A stretch of DNA of 64,000 nucleotides, taken from contig OZ024760.1 in NCBI GenBank assembly GCA_964016885.1, forward strand, positions 4,278,001 through 4,342,000. The letters run 5' to 3'. A program made the position numbers and the translations under genes. The notes under the pieces were generated by a model. That model did no database searches. It saw nothing but the letters and a program-made list of their open reading frames with translations, and was not told the origin of the DNA. Position 1 is the first letter of the stretch; every line of letters starts with the position of its first letter. This document shows, in pieces, positions 12,270 to 24,442 of the stretch. This DNA is from Eledone cirrhosa (taxonomy: Eukaryota).

Positions 12270-12668
12270 TTCTGATTTAGGCACAAGGCAAACAATTTTG
12301 GAGGGGAAAGTCGATTAAATCATCCCCAGTGCATTGCTGGTACTTTATTTTATCGACCCTGTAAGGATAAAAGGCAAAGTTAACCTCAGCGGAATTTTAA
12401 CACAGAACTCCGACGCTCTACCGATGCTGCCAATCCAATAATAAGCATGGATGAGGTGTCTAATCTTCATTATGTTTATTCAGGCGGTGAATTGGCAGTA
12501 TCGGTAGAGGGTTCAACCCCATGCTTTCTAGCATAGTTACGTCCGTTTACAGTCTGAGTTCAAATCCCGCCAAGGTAAACTTTGCCTTTCATCCTTACGG
12601 GGTCGATAAAATAAAGTACCAGTAATGTACTGGGTAATTGCTGGCCTTGTGCCTAAAGTAGAATCAAT
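12270..12668. mobile_element. head-to-head pair of dominant SINE copies
   Basis: Minus copy ~12270-12440, plus copy ~12483-12668. Confidence 0.75.
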
Positions 12669-13404
12669 TATGTTTATTCAGGTGTGATGCACATTTCGCG
12701 ATAGATCAGCTCAAGGTTCGATCTCTATCGATCAATCAATATGGAACTCAGGCTTACCCTCTGCCATTATATATATATATATACAATATGCGACTTAGGG
12801 TCCCCCTCTGCCATCGTATGTGTGGTGTACATTGATATACATGCATTATAGTATTTAGGGTCACCCTCAGCCATCATATATGTGGTCTCCACCCATGGAC
12901 CTTTAATTCCTAATGGAATCATAAGGGCACCCACACCCCTCCAGGTCTGATCTTAGTCGATTTCTTCGAGAGAAAGAATGAGAGTTATCAAAGGGAAATG
13001 GGAAAGAGATATAGAGGAAGAATTGACCCCAGAACTTGACTGGTACTTTTTTTTGTTATCAACTTGGAAAAGATGACAGGCAAAATTGATCTTGATCCAC
13101 TGTTCTAAGTTCTCAGCCAGATTGCCATTTTATATGTGGTATGTAGCGATAGAGCCATAACTCTTGAGGGTGTTGTAGTGGTGCTGTAGTGACATATGGA
13201 CAGCCATGAACATTTTAAAACCTGCCGGAGCTCAGCCCCTACCATTGTCTATACACAGATGATTTCTTCCAGAGAAGGAGAGAGAGAGAACTGACCTAGT
13301 ACTTTTTAGTCAACCTCAGAAGGATGAAAGGTAAAGTTGACCTCAGTGGGTTTTGAACTCAGTGTAGAGAGGGCCAGAACAAATACTGCAAAGCATTCAA
13401 CTTG

Positions 13405-13467
<63 letters not shown>

Positions 13468-13840
13468 ACAGGACTTAGTGGTACACACTGTCAGGGTCAC
13501 ACTCTGTCATCATATATATGGTGTAGACAGATAGATATGAGGTAAAGCTAGATCTACATGCATTATAGGACTTAGGGTCACCCTCTGCCTTCACATGTGT
13601 ATAATAAACATACACTACCAAAATAGTGTGTCAGGGGTTTTATCCATCTACAGTAACCTTTACTCACTCAGTACGAAGGCAAAATAAGTTGACACTTTTA
13701 TTATAGATTTTACGTTTGGTACACCCAAAAACATGCTCATTTGTATATAGTGTGGGCTCTCATTGACTAGCAGAGGCATTAACATAGCGTGATTCATAAT
13801 AGAAGTGTATATGAAAGCATATCGCTCTGATCGATCGACA

Positions 13841-14665
13841 TGTAGCGACGTGGTTAGTCAGTCTGGTCACTACTTCTGATCAGATCCGAGAATAGCCCTT
13901 AGAAGGACTGTTATCGCATACGGTCTGATCAGATCTTAAGATAGCCCTTAAAAGGACTGTTGTCGCATATATCCCTTAAAAGAACTGTTGAGGATGGACA
14001 GACGAAAGCACAAGTTGAAAGGACGAAGCAAGGCGAGATGTAAATTCGATCAGCTATTTATTTTCACATGAAGCGACGATACGAGGTACAAGGCGTGTGA
14101 GTGACAAAGCGTGGCAGAGGCGAGGAACAACGATGCACTAGCTGACTCTGCCAAAAGTCGACTGGCGAAGTGTTTGGAACCACTCTATTTATACAGAAAC
14201 AATCGTTTGATGTGTAGCGGTTGTCTCCCTTGTTGTGACTCACAACCCCAATAGATTAACATCTAGACGGGAAGTAGAACCCTTTCTGTAACTTCCGGCA
14301 GAGCCCTATAAAACGAATAGCTCTCGGCTCTCTCCCTCTCATGGCGCCTGGTTTTAGCCAGGCGTCTTCTGCCAGCCTGCGTTTACCTGGCAATCAAAAC
14401 GGTAACTACTAACTTTGCTTCATTCTTTCATCTATTTCATTGACATGTCAACTATACTGTTAAATTGTTGATTAAATAATATACACACAAACCATGTCTC
14501 CGTGTTACATTCATACAACCCAGTATCTTCCCTATAGATGTTTAGCCGGTGTGTAGGCGTTTATTCTGGTAGCTTTTAAGGGTTCTTTTGTTTCACGTTG
14601 CGGTAGCTAGCTAACAGGTAGATGGCGCTGTATATTTCACAGATGTTATTTCCGGTGGCTGTACA
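13841..14665 (-). repeat. 3' LTR of element A (interrupted by solo LTR B)
   Basis: Matches 21571-22043 with several indels; purine-rich PPT-like AGGGGACTAA immediately internal on the minus strand. Confidence 0.93.
14213..14536 (+). mobile_element. solo LTR of family B inserted in the 3' LTR of element A
   Basis: Reverse-complement homologue of 16013-16348; absent from the other A LTR; TSD GATG (14209-14212 / 14537-14540). Confidence 0.92.
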
Positions 14666-16012
14666 TTAGTCCCCTGCCAGATCTTTTGTACAACAAAAGA
14701 GCGAAATATCGTATAGTAATGGGCCAGTGGTGCATTTGTCATGACAATAGCCCCAGGAGTGTCCAGCGCGTTGTGAAATTTTGTGATCATCGAGTACAGG
14801 ACAGAGTCGATGTAGAGATGATATGGCAAGATGTGTGTGTCAGGAAGAGAAAAAAGAAATAAATTATAAAATGATTTTGACCAGATTTATGCAGGCGTGA
14901 TGAATGAGCCTGTTGCAATTTGGGTTGAGCTGCCTGTGAAATGCGTGACAAAAAGTCTAACTGGGCAGTGAAGATAACCTTAATGCGTGAACTGAATGGC
15001 CGTAAGCATGCTGCCTAAAAGTAACAGTTTGTTCCACAGCATATGACTTGAGCGAATGCATGTGGTAAAAAAAACAGCGAGGCATTCTCGAGCTATTGAG
15101 TGAATGTGTACGTGAAAAAAGAAGGCCAGTGTTTTGAGGCTGCGATTTGGGAAATGCGTGATCAAAGAGAAAACATTTTGTAGTGTAAGAGTTAGAGGGA
15201 CACAAATATCTATTGCTCAGTGTATGAACCAAAAGTTGAAACAAACGTGGTTTTGTAGTGTGCATGAAAAACAAAATATGTACACGCCTTGTATGTATAT
15301 AAAAATTATGGCAATTACACAATCAATGTTACAGAACAAGAAAAATAAAATTTTTTTCAAAACAAGAGAGAGAAGAAAAAAAATGTTATACACAATGATA
15401 TACACAATGTTTGTTCTTAAATAGTGTTTGTAATAAATAATGTTCATTATAAATAATGTTCTTCGTGACATGGTCACTAAAAGTTGCAATGTTCAAGCAG
15501 AAAGTTCATTGTATTTGAAACTGGAAATAGTAAACACAAGAAAAATGGAAATATTTTGCACGAAGACTGATTAAGAAACTCACTTGAGGTTAATGGTAAT
15601 TCACATATTGTGCCAACTTTGCGGGCCAATGGACGCGTCGTCCGCTTCTCGTGACTCTCTGGGACAGCAATCTGTTGGAGTTTCTGGTGTAGAGACTGTA
15701 ACAGTATCCATGATGGCTTTTTTTAATCTGTCCACGCTGACAGAATTCTGTTTACCATCTAGATCGAGAATAAAATATTTCGGATATTTTTTTAGAACAC
15801 GATAAGAGCCAGAATATGGAGATCGAAGATGAGCTGAGATGGTGTCATTTCGAACGAAAACGTGTGTCCAATCTTTAATGTCTGAAGGTACATGTGTGAC
15901 CGTATTCTGTTGACGGGTGCTTGCAGGAGCAAGGTGAGACATATATTGTCGAAAACGGTGTACGTATGATCCTGGGTCTGGAACATCCTGAGGAGAGATG
16001 GGAGCAACCATC

Positions 16013-17987
16013 TATAGCGGGGATACTTGGTTGTATGAATGTAACAAAGAGACATGGTTTGTGTGTATAATATTTAATCAACAATTTAACAGTATAGTTG
16101 ACATGTCAATGAATAAACGAAAGAATGAAGCAAAGTTAGTAGTTACCGTTTTGATTACCAGGCAAACGCGGCTGGCAGAAGACGCCTGGCGAAGGCCAGG
16201 CGCCGGAAGGGCAAATGAGAGAGTGAGAACTTAAAGTTATTAGTTTTATAGGGTTCTGACCGGAAGTTACAGAAAAGGTTCTACTTCCCGTCTAGATGTT
16301 GTTAATCTATTGGGGTTGTGAGTCACAACAAGGGAGGCAACTGCTACATAACCTCCCGCCAGAATTTTAGAATATAAAAATCGAATGAAATATGTAGCAA
16401 GTTGGCGAGAATGTTGTAACAGGCATGAAAATTACGACAAAAGAATGTTTGCAAAAATCAATGATAGATATCAAGGTAGCCAACCGCTCTTGGCCAGAGA
16501 ACGACTGGACATCTATCTATCCATCACCCAAAGATACAATGTAATAAAGTAAGAGAAGAGCTCAAAGTTCAAATGTACAAAATATAGTTCACAGGTGTGC
16601 AATCACATGACAGCAGGAAAGAAAGTGTGTTCCAGAGAATGAATGCAGGTGGTTTCTGTTCTGTGGTATATCGTGAAATTTCCAACCTCCGAATGGATTT
16701 TCTCACAGGAAGAGTGCTGCAAAAATAAATTCTCTGGCTTGTTCTGCTGGTTTTGGTTGTTGGTGAAGCTGTGTTGCTGTTGATGTTGTTGTCTCGAGGA
16801 GTGAGCGTATTCGGTGTTTAAATTCACAGTAAAAAAATTTTTTTCAGAAAAAATGAGTTGCGCAAAGTGCTAGAAATAACAGCCGAAGTTGATGGTCGAT
16901 GTTGAGAATGCGTTGACCTGGAAGGGTCAAGAGGCCAGCGACCAAAGAAATAAGCATTCTGAATAAATGCGCAGTTTTCAACGGCAAATTTACGTGGTAA
17001 ATTTTTAAACCGGCAAATAGGAGAATATAGCTTAAGGCTTGAAGAATCCTTGGCGAGAAACGTTATCTCTGGCGTGCGGCTATCTCTGTGAGTCGAGATA
17101 TCTCCGTGAGTTGAGAATTTGTGCTGCCTACACGTGCCAATACAAGGTTAAGTTAGGTTGAAAAAATAATATTTCTAACGCGCGAGAAAATGATAGTGCA
17201 AGTGTGAAAGTGACAATGATGAAAAAGAAAGGCTTCACTCAGCATAATTATTGGTGTGAACTTTGAAAAAATACTTGAACGATGAAGGAAACGATAAAAG
17301 AAAGAAAAAAAAAAGGCAATGGTGCATTGAAAATAAATGTTCCTGTTGAAATGTTTTTAAAAAAAAAAAATATCAAATTTCTTTTTTTTTTGAAACGAGA
17401 AACATATATATATATCGTGAAATGCGACAGTTAGTTGATGCGTGAGAGAAAAAGTCTGTCTGAACGCGAATTTCACATGTGCGTGGTGTGTTCGTTTCTT
17501 TTACTGAGTATTTTCATAGTTTGTCAATAAATTTGCTGTGTATTCGTAATGTTACTCACACAACACCAGATTTTGCTATTTTTTTCTTTTTTCGGGGTGA
17601 CCACTTATAACAATGAACGGCTGCGTGTTCGTATGACGTCGGGGTTACCAATATAGCGGGGATACTTGGTTGCATGAATGTAACAAAGAGACATGGTTTG
17701 TGTGTATAATATTTAATCAACAATTTAACAGTATAGTTGACATGTCAATGAATAAACGAAAGAATGAAGCAAAGTTAGTAGTTACCGTTTTGATTACCAG
17801 GCAAACGCGGCTGGCAGAAGACGCCTGGCGAAGGCCAGGCGCCGGAAGGGCAAATGAGAGAGTGAGAACTTAAAGTTATTAGTTTTATAGGGTTCTGACC
17901 GGAAGTTACAGAAAGGGTTCTACTTCCCGTCTAGATGTTGTTAATCTATTGGGGTTGTGAGTCACAACAAGGGAGGCAACTGCTACA
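16013..17987 (-). mobile_element. non-autonomous LTR element B inserted in the integrase of element A
   Basis: Two 336-bp LTRs (16013-16348, 17652-17987) with only two differences seen, TSD CATC on + (16009-16012 / 17988-17991), tRNA-Trp PBS, PPT GGCGGGAGG; 1.3-kb internal region with no recognisable gag/pol. Confidence 0.92.
17619..17650 (-). other. tRNA-Trp primer binding site of element B (extended)
   Basis: + strand GGCTGCGTGTTCGTATGACGTCGGGGTTACCA, 1 nt from the LTR. Confidence 0.8.
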
Positions 17988-20657
17988 CATCTGACCAGGT
18001 AGAACCAGGGTGGTGCCGTACACTAATTCTGCAGGTGTGTGTCCGAATTCCTCCTTAACGGTGGATCGAATGCCCAGAAGGATGAGTGGTAGATATTCAA
18101 ACCAGTGGGTCTTGTCTGGATATGCTTTTATTGCAGCTTTCAATTGGCGATGGAATCTTTCCACGAGACCATTAGCTTGCGGGTGATAAGCTGTCGTGCG
18201 GATGTGTTTACATCCTAACAGGCGAGTCAGTTCCCTGAAGAGGTGGGAGTCAAATTCGCGTCCTCTGTCCGTTGTTATCTTCGCTGGGGCGCCATAACGT
18301 AATACCCAGTGTAAAACCAAAGTTTTAGCGACTGTTTCCGCTGAGGTATCATTTATGGGAAAAGCCTCAGGCCAACGAGAAAATCGATTGAGCCAGGTGA
18401 GCAAGTGTGTGTAGTTCTGTGATGGTGGTAGAGGTCCGACGATGTCGATATGCACATGATGAAAACGTTCCATCAGGTTGCGCGAATATGCCGAGTGGAG
18501 TTTTGATGTGTCTGTGGACTTTGGCTTTCTGGCAGGCAATGCAGCTCCTGGACCAGTCGCGCATGTCCTTGTTAATGTTAGTCCACACAAAACGAGCAGA
18601 GATGAGTTTCTGTGTAGCCCGGATTCCCGGGTGAGACAAGCAGTGTAAAGCAGAAAAAATTTATCGACGATGCATCTGTGGTACGTACGGTCGTTCATGA
18701 CCGGTAGAAAGGTCGCACCAAATTTGTCCCGGAGAAGAAGGAATGGGAACTTGCTGAAACTTGAGGGATGGCGAATCTCGGAGCTTGATAAACTCTTCGT
18801 CAGTCTCTTGGTCAGCTGCAATCTGTTGAAGGTCGATGCCTGAATGCACATGTATTGCGTTCAGCTGGATTCGGGACAGGGCGTCGGCTACTACGTTGTC
18901 TGATCCCTTGATATGCCGAATATCAGTTGAATATTGGGAGACAAAATCCAGGTGTCGGAGTTCTCTCGGTGAATGTCGATCAGGTTTGGTACGGAACGCA
19001 TAAATTAGTGGTTTATGGTCCGTGTAGATCACGAAATCTGATCCTTCGAGCATGTGCCGAAAATGCTTAACCGAAAGATAGGTTGCCAAGAGTTCGCGGC
19101 CAAAGGTACTGTATTTCGTTTCTGCCGGTTGCAACCGCTTAGAAAAGAAGGATCAGGGTTGCCACACGCCATCGACATGTTATTGTAGAACGCCTCCAAC
19201 CCCCGTGTCTGATGCGTCCACTAGCAGCGAAAGAGGAGCGCCAGACCTGGGGAAAACGAGCATGGAAACATTTGCCAACATTTCCTTCAGGCGGTTAAAA
19301 GATGTTAATTCTTCCTCGTTTAGAGTGATCTCTTCGTTTTTGCGAGTCCGGTTACGAAGAAGGTCCGTGAGGAGTCTGGCTGCGTCGGAACAATGAGGGA
19401 TGAACCGCCTATAAAAATTCACCAGACCGAGGAATTCACGCAGTTTCCGAAGTGATGTAGGTGCGGGAAAACTGCGGATAACTTCTACTTTCTCGGGAAG
19501 TGGTCGAATGCCGTCTTTATCGATGATGTGCCCGAGAAAGGACAGTGAAGGGATGCCGAGAAGGCACTTGCTGGGGTTGATGATGATACCGTACTCAGCT
19601 AAACGTTGGAAAACGAAATCTAAGTGCTTCTCGTGTTCCTGCTCGGAAGTACTTGCTACCAGCACGTCGTCAATATACGCGTATACGAAGGGTAGATCGC
19701 GTAACACGGTGTCAATAAACCGCTGAAAAGTTTGTGCAGCGTTGCGCAGACCGAACGGCATTCGCAGGAATTCGAATAAACCGAACGGTGTTGTGATTGC
19801 GGTCTTTGGAATGTCTGCAGGCTCCATAGGTATCTGGTTATATGCACGCCCCAAATCTACCTTGGAAAAGATGCGTGCGCCTTGCAGAGAGGCAGAAAAA
19901 TCGTGCAGGTGAGGTATAGGGTAATTATCGGGCACTGTAGAATTGTTAAGTGCACGATAATCCCCACATGGTCGCCAATCATTCTCGTTTTTTTTTTGGA
20001 ACAAGATGTAGGGGTGCAGACCAGTTGCTGGAGGAAGGGCGAATGATTCCGAGGTCCAGCATGTGTTGGAACTCATGCTTGGCGATTCTCAATCAGTCTG
20101 GAGGCAGTCTCCTTGGTCATGCAACTGTGGGTGGTCCCCTTGTCTCGATGTGGTGCGTGACACTATGCTTAATTGGACCATCCTTAAATACCGGGCGAGT
20201 GATGTCTGGGAATTTCTGGAGAATGCCGTTGTACCGCGAAGGCTCTGACTGGCAAATTACAGGGCTCACTGTGGATTGCGTCGTAAATATAGCTCTCACA
20301 GTGAGGTTTGTGGTGGTGTCAATAAGCCTCCGGTTCTTCATATCCACCAGAAGGTTGAAGTGGTGGAGAAAATCGGCTCCTGGGATCGGGGTCATCAGGT
20401 CAGCCATGACGAACACCCATTGAAAACGCCGCCTCAGGCCTAAATTGAGGGTCAGAGACTTCTCCCCGAAAGTTGGAATTGACGATTGGTTCACTGCCTG
20501 CAGAAAGGATGGGGTTGGGTGCTTTTGCCCGAGATTAATGAAACAGGAATAACACTAACCTGGGCTCCTGTATCCACGAGGTAACGGATGCCTGTCGCCT
20601 GGTCGTTAATAAAAAATAGACGACTTTTCTTTTCAGTACCAGGGGTGAACGTCGTCG

Positions 20658-21511
20658 CTAGGCCCTGGTCTGCCCGTTTCTCTGGGTGGTATTCTGGAAA
20701 GAGCACGGGGCCCTACACTTAGATGCCCGAGCGCCGAATTCTTCGTGATACCAGCAGAGGTTGCCAGACACACGATTTTGACTGGGACTTCTCGATCTTT
20801 GACGGTGAAAGGGTCTGGACCGACTGTTGCTGCGCCGCCGGTGTGTTTGCAAGGTCAGGCTTTCTAATTGGTTTGAGAGGGCTTTGATTTGACCAGCCTG
20901 CTCTCTGATCATAGCCCGCAGCTCTGAAATCTCGGAGGTGGAGTCCGAGGACGCTACGTAAGGGTTCGTCCGACGATCTACCTGTGCTACTGTGGCAAAA
21001 GGGTTTGATACCTCAGCGACCTTATCTGCGACACTTGCCAGTTCCTCCGGGGTTGCTGACTCGTTAGTCGACGCCAGAATGCCCTGCATCGATAAGGCAA
21101 CCGTTTCAGCAGATCTTCTGAAAGTGGCTGGTCCTCCATCAGCTGTCTCATCTTTCGCAATAGTTGGGACGGTTTTCTGTCTCCCAATTCTTCTGCAGAC
21201 ACGAGTTGTTTGAGTCGTCTCTGCTGTGACGCGGTCGTCCGCTTGACCAATTCCTTGCGGAATGATTCATATGACACCGTGCCTGGCGATGCCATGACGA
21301 GGTCCCTCACCTCAGCCAAAACTTCTGGCGGGACAGATCCAATGATGTAGGTGAGCTTTGCGGAATCGCTCTTAATTCTGTTCGCGGTGAATTGCGCTTC
21401 TATGTGAGCGAACCACAGAGTTGGGTCGTTAGACCAAAAAACGGGGGCTTTCAATGTTAACGCCGCTTGTGTGGTTGGTATCTCGGCTTCTGTCGTTTGT
21501 GACATGTCCAT
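20658..21511 (-). pseudogene. gag of element A (one frameshift near 21090)
   Basis: KAPVFWSNDPTLWFAHIEAQF...LGDRKPSQLLRKM and C-terminal CWYH..FG..A.KC..PC motif typical of this Gypsy lineage; split over ORFs 20987-21511 and 20658-21089. Confidence 0.88.
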
Positions 21512-21536
21512 GTTGATATTTTCTTAGGTGCTGTCT

Positions 21537-21568
21537 GGTTGCGCGTTCGACTCACGTTCGGGTCACCA
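21537..21568 (-). other. tRNA-Trp primer binding site of element A (extended)
   Basis: + strand GGTTGCGCGTTCGACTCACGTTCGGGTCACCA resembles the recalled 3' end of metazoan tRNA-Trp (GGTTGCGTGTTCGAATCACGTCGGGGTCACCA). Confidence 0.8.
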
Positions 21569-21570
21569 AT

Positions 21571-22043
21571 TGTAGCGACGTGGTTAGTCAGTCTAGTCAC
21601 TACTTCTGATCAGATCCGAGAATAGCCCTTAGAAGGACTGTTATCGCATACGGTCTGAAGATAGCCCTTAAAAGGACTATTGTCGCATATAGTCCTTAAA
21701 AGAACTGTTGAGGATGGACAGACGAAAGCACAAGTTGAAAGGACGAAGCAAGGCGAGATGTAAATTCGATCAGCTATTTATTTTCACATGAAGCGACGAT
21801 ACGAGGTACAAGGCGTGGCAGCGGCGAGGAACAACGATGCGCTAGCTGACTCTGCCAAAAGTCGACTGGCGAAGTGTTTGGAACCACTATTATACAGTGT
21901 TTGGAACTACTATTTATACAGAAACAATCGTTTGATGTTTAGCCGGTGTGTAGGCGTTTATTCTGGTAGCTTTTAAGGGTTCTTTTGTTTCACGTTGCGG
22001 TAGCTAGCTATATTTCACAGATGTTATTTCCGGTGGCTGTACA
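21571..22043 (-). repeat. 5' LTR of element A
   Basis: Direct repeat of 13841-14665 (minus the nested solo LTR), adjacent to PBS. Confidence 0.93.
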
Positions 22044-23052
22044 GACAAGATCCCAGACCTCATTCGCTTGCTGAGTCGGGTAGACCTTGTCAAATCGGAC
22101 CAAGGAAACAATGTTTCCATTGGTCTTTCCCCTGCTGATACTATCACTGGCAGAAAGAGCAACATGAAATAACGTGTCTTACTCAAGGACACAATGCATC
22201 ATCCGGTCCGGGAATTGAACCTCACGATTGCGAATCCAACTCTGTAACCACTAAGTCTCCCTATGCGTATCTTAATCTGTGATCATACATATTACAGCTA
22301 CCTAAGTAGCCATGTGAGAATAAATACCAAACACAAATAATACTGAATCACGCTGATCACCCTTTGCCATTATAGAGAGATATATAGATACAATAAAGAA
22401 CTTTGAACCATGTGATCACGACTGATACACTTGGTATAGTCCGATAAATATATAAAACAAAGGAATTGGAGACAAAACAATTGCTTTAGTAACTATGGCA
22501 GAACGGAAGTACTCAGACGAGCATGAGCAGTTTAGACCGGCACTTATGCTACCACACACTTCTAGACGGTGAGTCTGTAGGGCTGCTTTCCTACACCTTG
22601 TCTTTACACCTTCTTGGTTTATATATTTATATATCTATCTATATCTCTCTCTCTATATATATATATTATATACGCACACATATACCTTATATACTACGAT
22701 GTATGTATATACTCATTACTGTTGCATGTTTAAAATTGTTCTTAATAATAGTTTAAACATTATCTGTTCGTAGCAATATATATTATTACTGTTGTTTATC
22801 CCCAGTTTTAGCAGACTGCTATGACACAAAGACATTCCGACCGCGACCCTCCCTCCCAACGTAATCATTCAGGCATTGTGCATCCAGGACCACGTTAGTT
22901 AATGTGTCATCTCTCTAAAATAGTTTTTTTCTTATTTTTTTTATGACTGATATTCGGCTGTTGTTTTTAGCATGTGGAGTAACCACGTTGAATCATCCTC
23001 GTTATCTCGTTCCATATGTCATCAGAAATGGCCACGCGTGTGCTAATGTTTA

Positions 23053-23083
<31 letters not shown>

Positions 23084-23255
23084 GTATAATTAGAATGTAT
23101 TTGAAATATTCAAACATTAATTGAACTTTCAGTGTTAAATGGTTAAAGTGTAAATTGTATTTTCGAATTAAAGTCGCAGTGACTTAGTTTCAGCTTGGTC
23201 GCTTCGCATGTGTGTGATTTCCTTGGTCATGTCAAAATTTATAAAACACTCTTTG

Positions 23256-23317
23256 TATTTTATCTGATGAAAGCGTACCAAAGTTTTTGGTACCCTTGAA
23301 ATATATATAATAGAATA
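23256..23317 (+). ncRNA. type I hammerhead ribozyme motif
   Basis: TATTTTAT-CTGATGA-aag c gtaccaaag/tttttggtac c ctt-GAAA-TATATA-TA-ATAGAATA; palindromic stem III. Confidence 0.75.
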
Positions 23318-23720
23318 ATTATTGTTTTATAAATATAGTTTCCATTTATTTAATATCATTGTATATATATATATATGCATGCGGTAATGAAATAATTTTA
23401 ATTCAACTTCTGCGATATGCTTACCAGTTTTTTTTATTTTTAGTTATACAAAATAAGGAATGTGTTTAAGTGGGGTAGATCTGCTCTCCACACGCTTCCA
23501 ATGTATCCCTAGCATTATAAAACATACCTTACCATGTTGAAACTAATTTTTGCTCAGTTTCTAAAGCTACCCTAGTTCTAGTTGTCAACATTCCATAACG
23601 TGGCTAAATATGCCAAGAATTCTTTACGGTAAAACAAAAAAAATATTACTATATATGGCGAGTCTTGTCTTTCCCTTTTACTTTGGTCAAATGCAGCCCA
23701 GCTTAAGGTTTCTCACCCCA

Positions 23721-23756
<36 letters not shown>

Positions 23757-23894
23757 CAGTCGTGGTTAACCACAGTAAGGTACTCAATACGTAGAATATA
23801 TACAATATTTAATATAGAAATGATTTCCTTCGAATGAAACGGTTCTAGTCCTGAAGAAGCCATTTCTATATTAAATACTATATATATGTACAAT

Positions 23895-23980
23895 CAGCGT
23901 CGCTTTTACGCCGTGTTTTGAGAGTTTTACAGCCGGATCCCGTTCCTGGCTCAAACCCTTTTAGTCGCCTTTTACGACAG
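23895..23980 (+). other. EIF2B3: putative non-coding first exon of EIF2B3
   Basis: CpG-rich patch ending in CAG|GTGTAC donor; the first coding exon has its own acceptor (TTTCAG at 24278) 16 nt before the ATG, implying an upstream UTR exon; start is approximate. Confidence 0.45.
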
Positions 23981-24294
23981 GTGTACCTTATTCTAAAAAC
24001 CTGTATGTATATATATATATATATTATACACACCGTCATCTGTACTCTGCTCACATGCATTGAGTGCTCATTCAGCTAGTGTTTGGACGTTCTGTATGCA
24101 CTGGCACCTCCCTCCCCCTCCCACACACACACTTCAATATATTTATGCAGGACATTAACAACTAACATTAGTTTCTTTTAAACAAAACTTTACACACAGT
24201 TTCTATGTACTAAACTTCTTATAATCGGTGGTGTATTGAAAGCGAGGAAAGGGTCATGACTGGGCTTTTCTGTTTCAGTGAACAAACGCCTGCT

Positions 24295-24442
24295 ATGGAC
24301 TACCATCCTGTAATTCTGGCTGCTGGCACTGGGTCAAGAATGAATGACCTTACTGCAAACACCCCAAAAGCTCTATTGACAGTTGGAAACAAACCAATGA
24401 TTTGGTATTCCATCAACATGTGCCAAAAGGCAGGTTTTCAAG
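24295..24442 (+). CDS. EIF2B3: eIF2B gamma subunit, coding exon 1
   Basis: MDYHPVILAAGTGSRMNDLTANTPKALLTVGNKPMIWYSINMCQKAGFQ, nucleotidyltransferase-like N-terminus; donor G|GTTTGT, phase 1. Confidence 0.92.

Larger units (their letters stand above)
15601..20706 (-). pseudogene. pol of element A (protease, RT, RNase H, integrase) with stops, frameshifts and nested element B
   Basis: YLVDTGAQVS (protease), RMPFGLRNA and YIDD (RT), DAS and ELLA..TDHKPL..ADALSR (RNase H), H..SHPG...C..C zinc finger, DIVGP/TDRG/GLVERFH (integrase); integrase C-terminus resumes at 16011 after element B. Confidence 0.93.
13841..22043 (-). mobile_element. Gypsy/Ty3 LTR retrotransposon (element A), degenerate, with nested insertions
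   Basis: Two related LTRs with TG...CA termini, 4-bp TSD GACA (13837-13840 / 22044-22047), PBS, PPT, and gag-PR-RT-RH-IN domain order. Confidence 0.95.

Noticed and set aside
12750-13600. Scattered TTAGGG in a TTAGGGTCACCCTCTGCC repeat
   Set aside because: Single hexamers within a degenerate local repeat, not a telomeric array
14666-15600. Possible env-like third ORF in the Gypsy 3' region
   Set aside because: Only short overlapping ORFs with no recognisable motif; treated as 3' UTR
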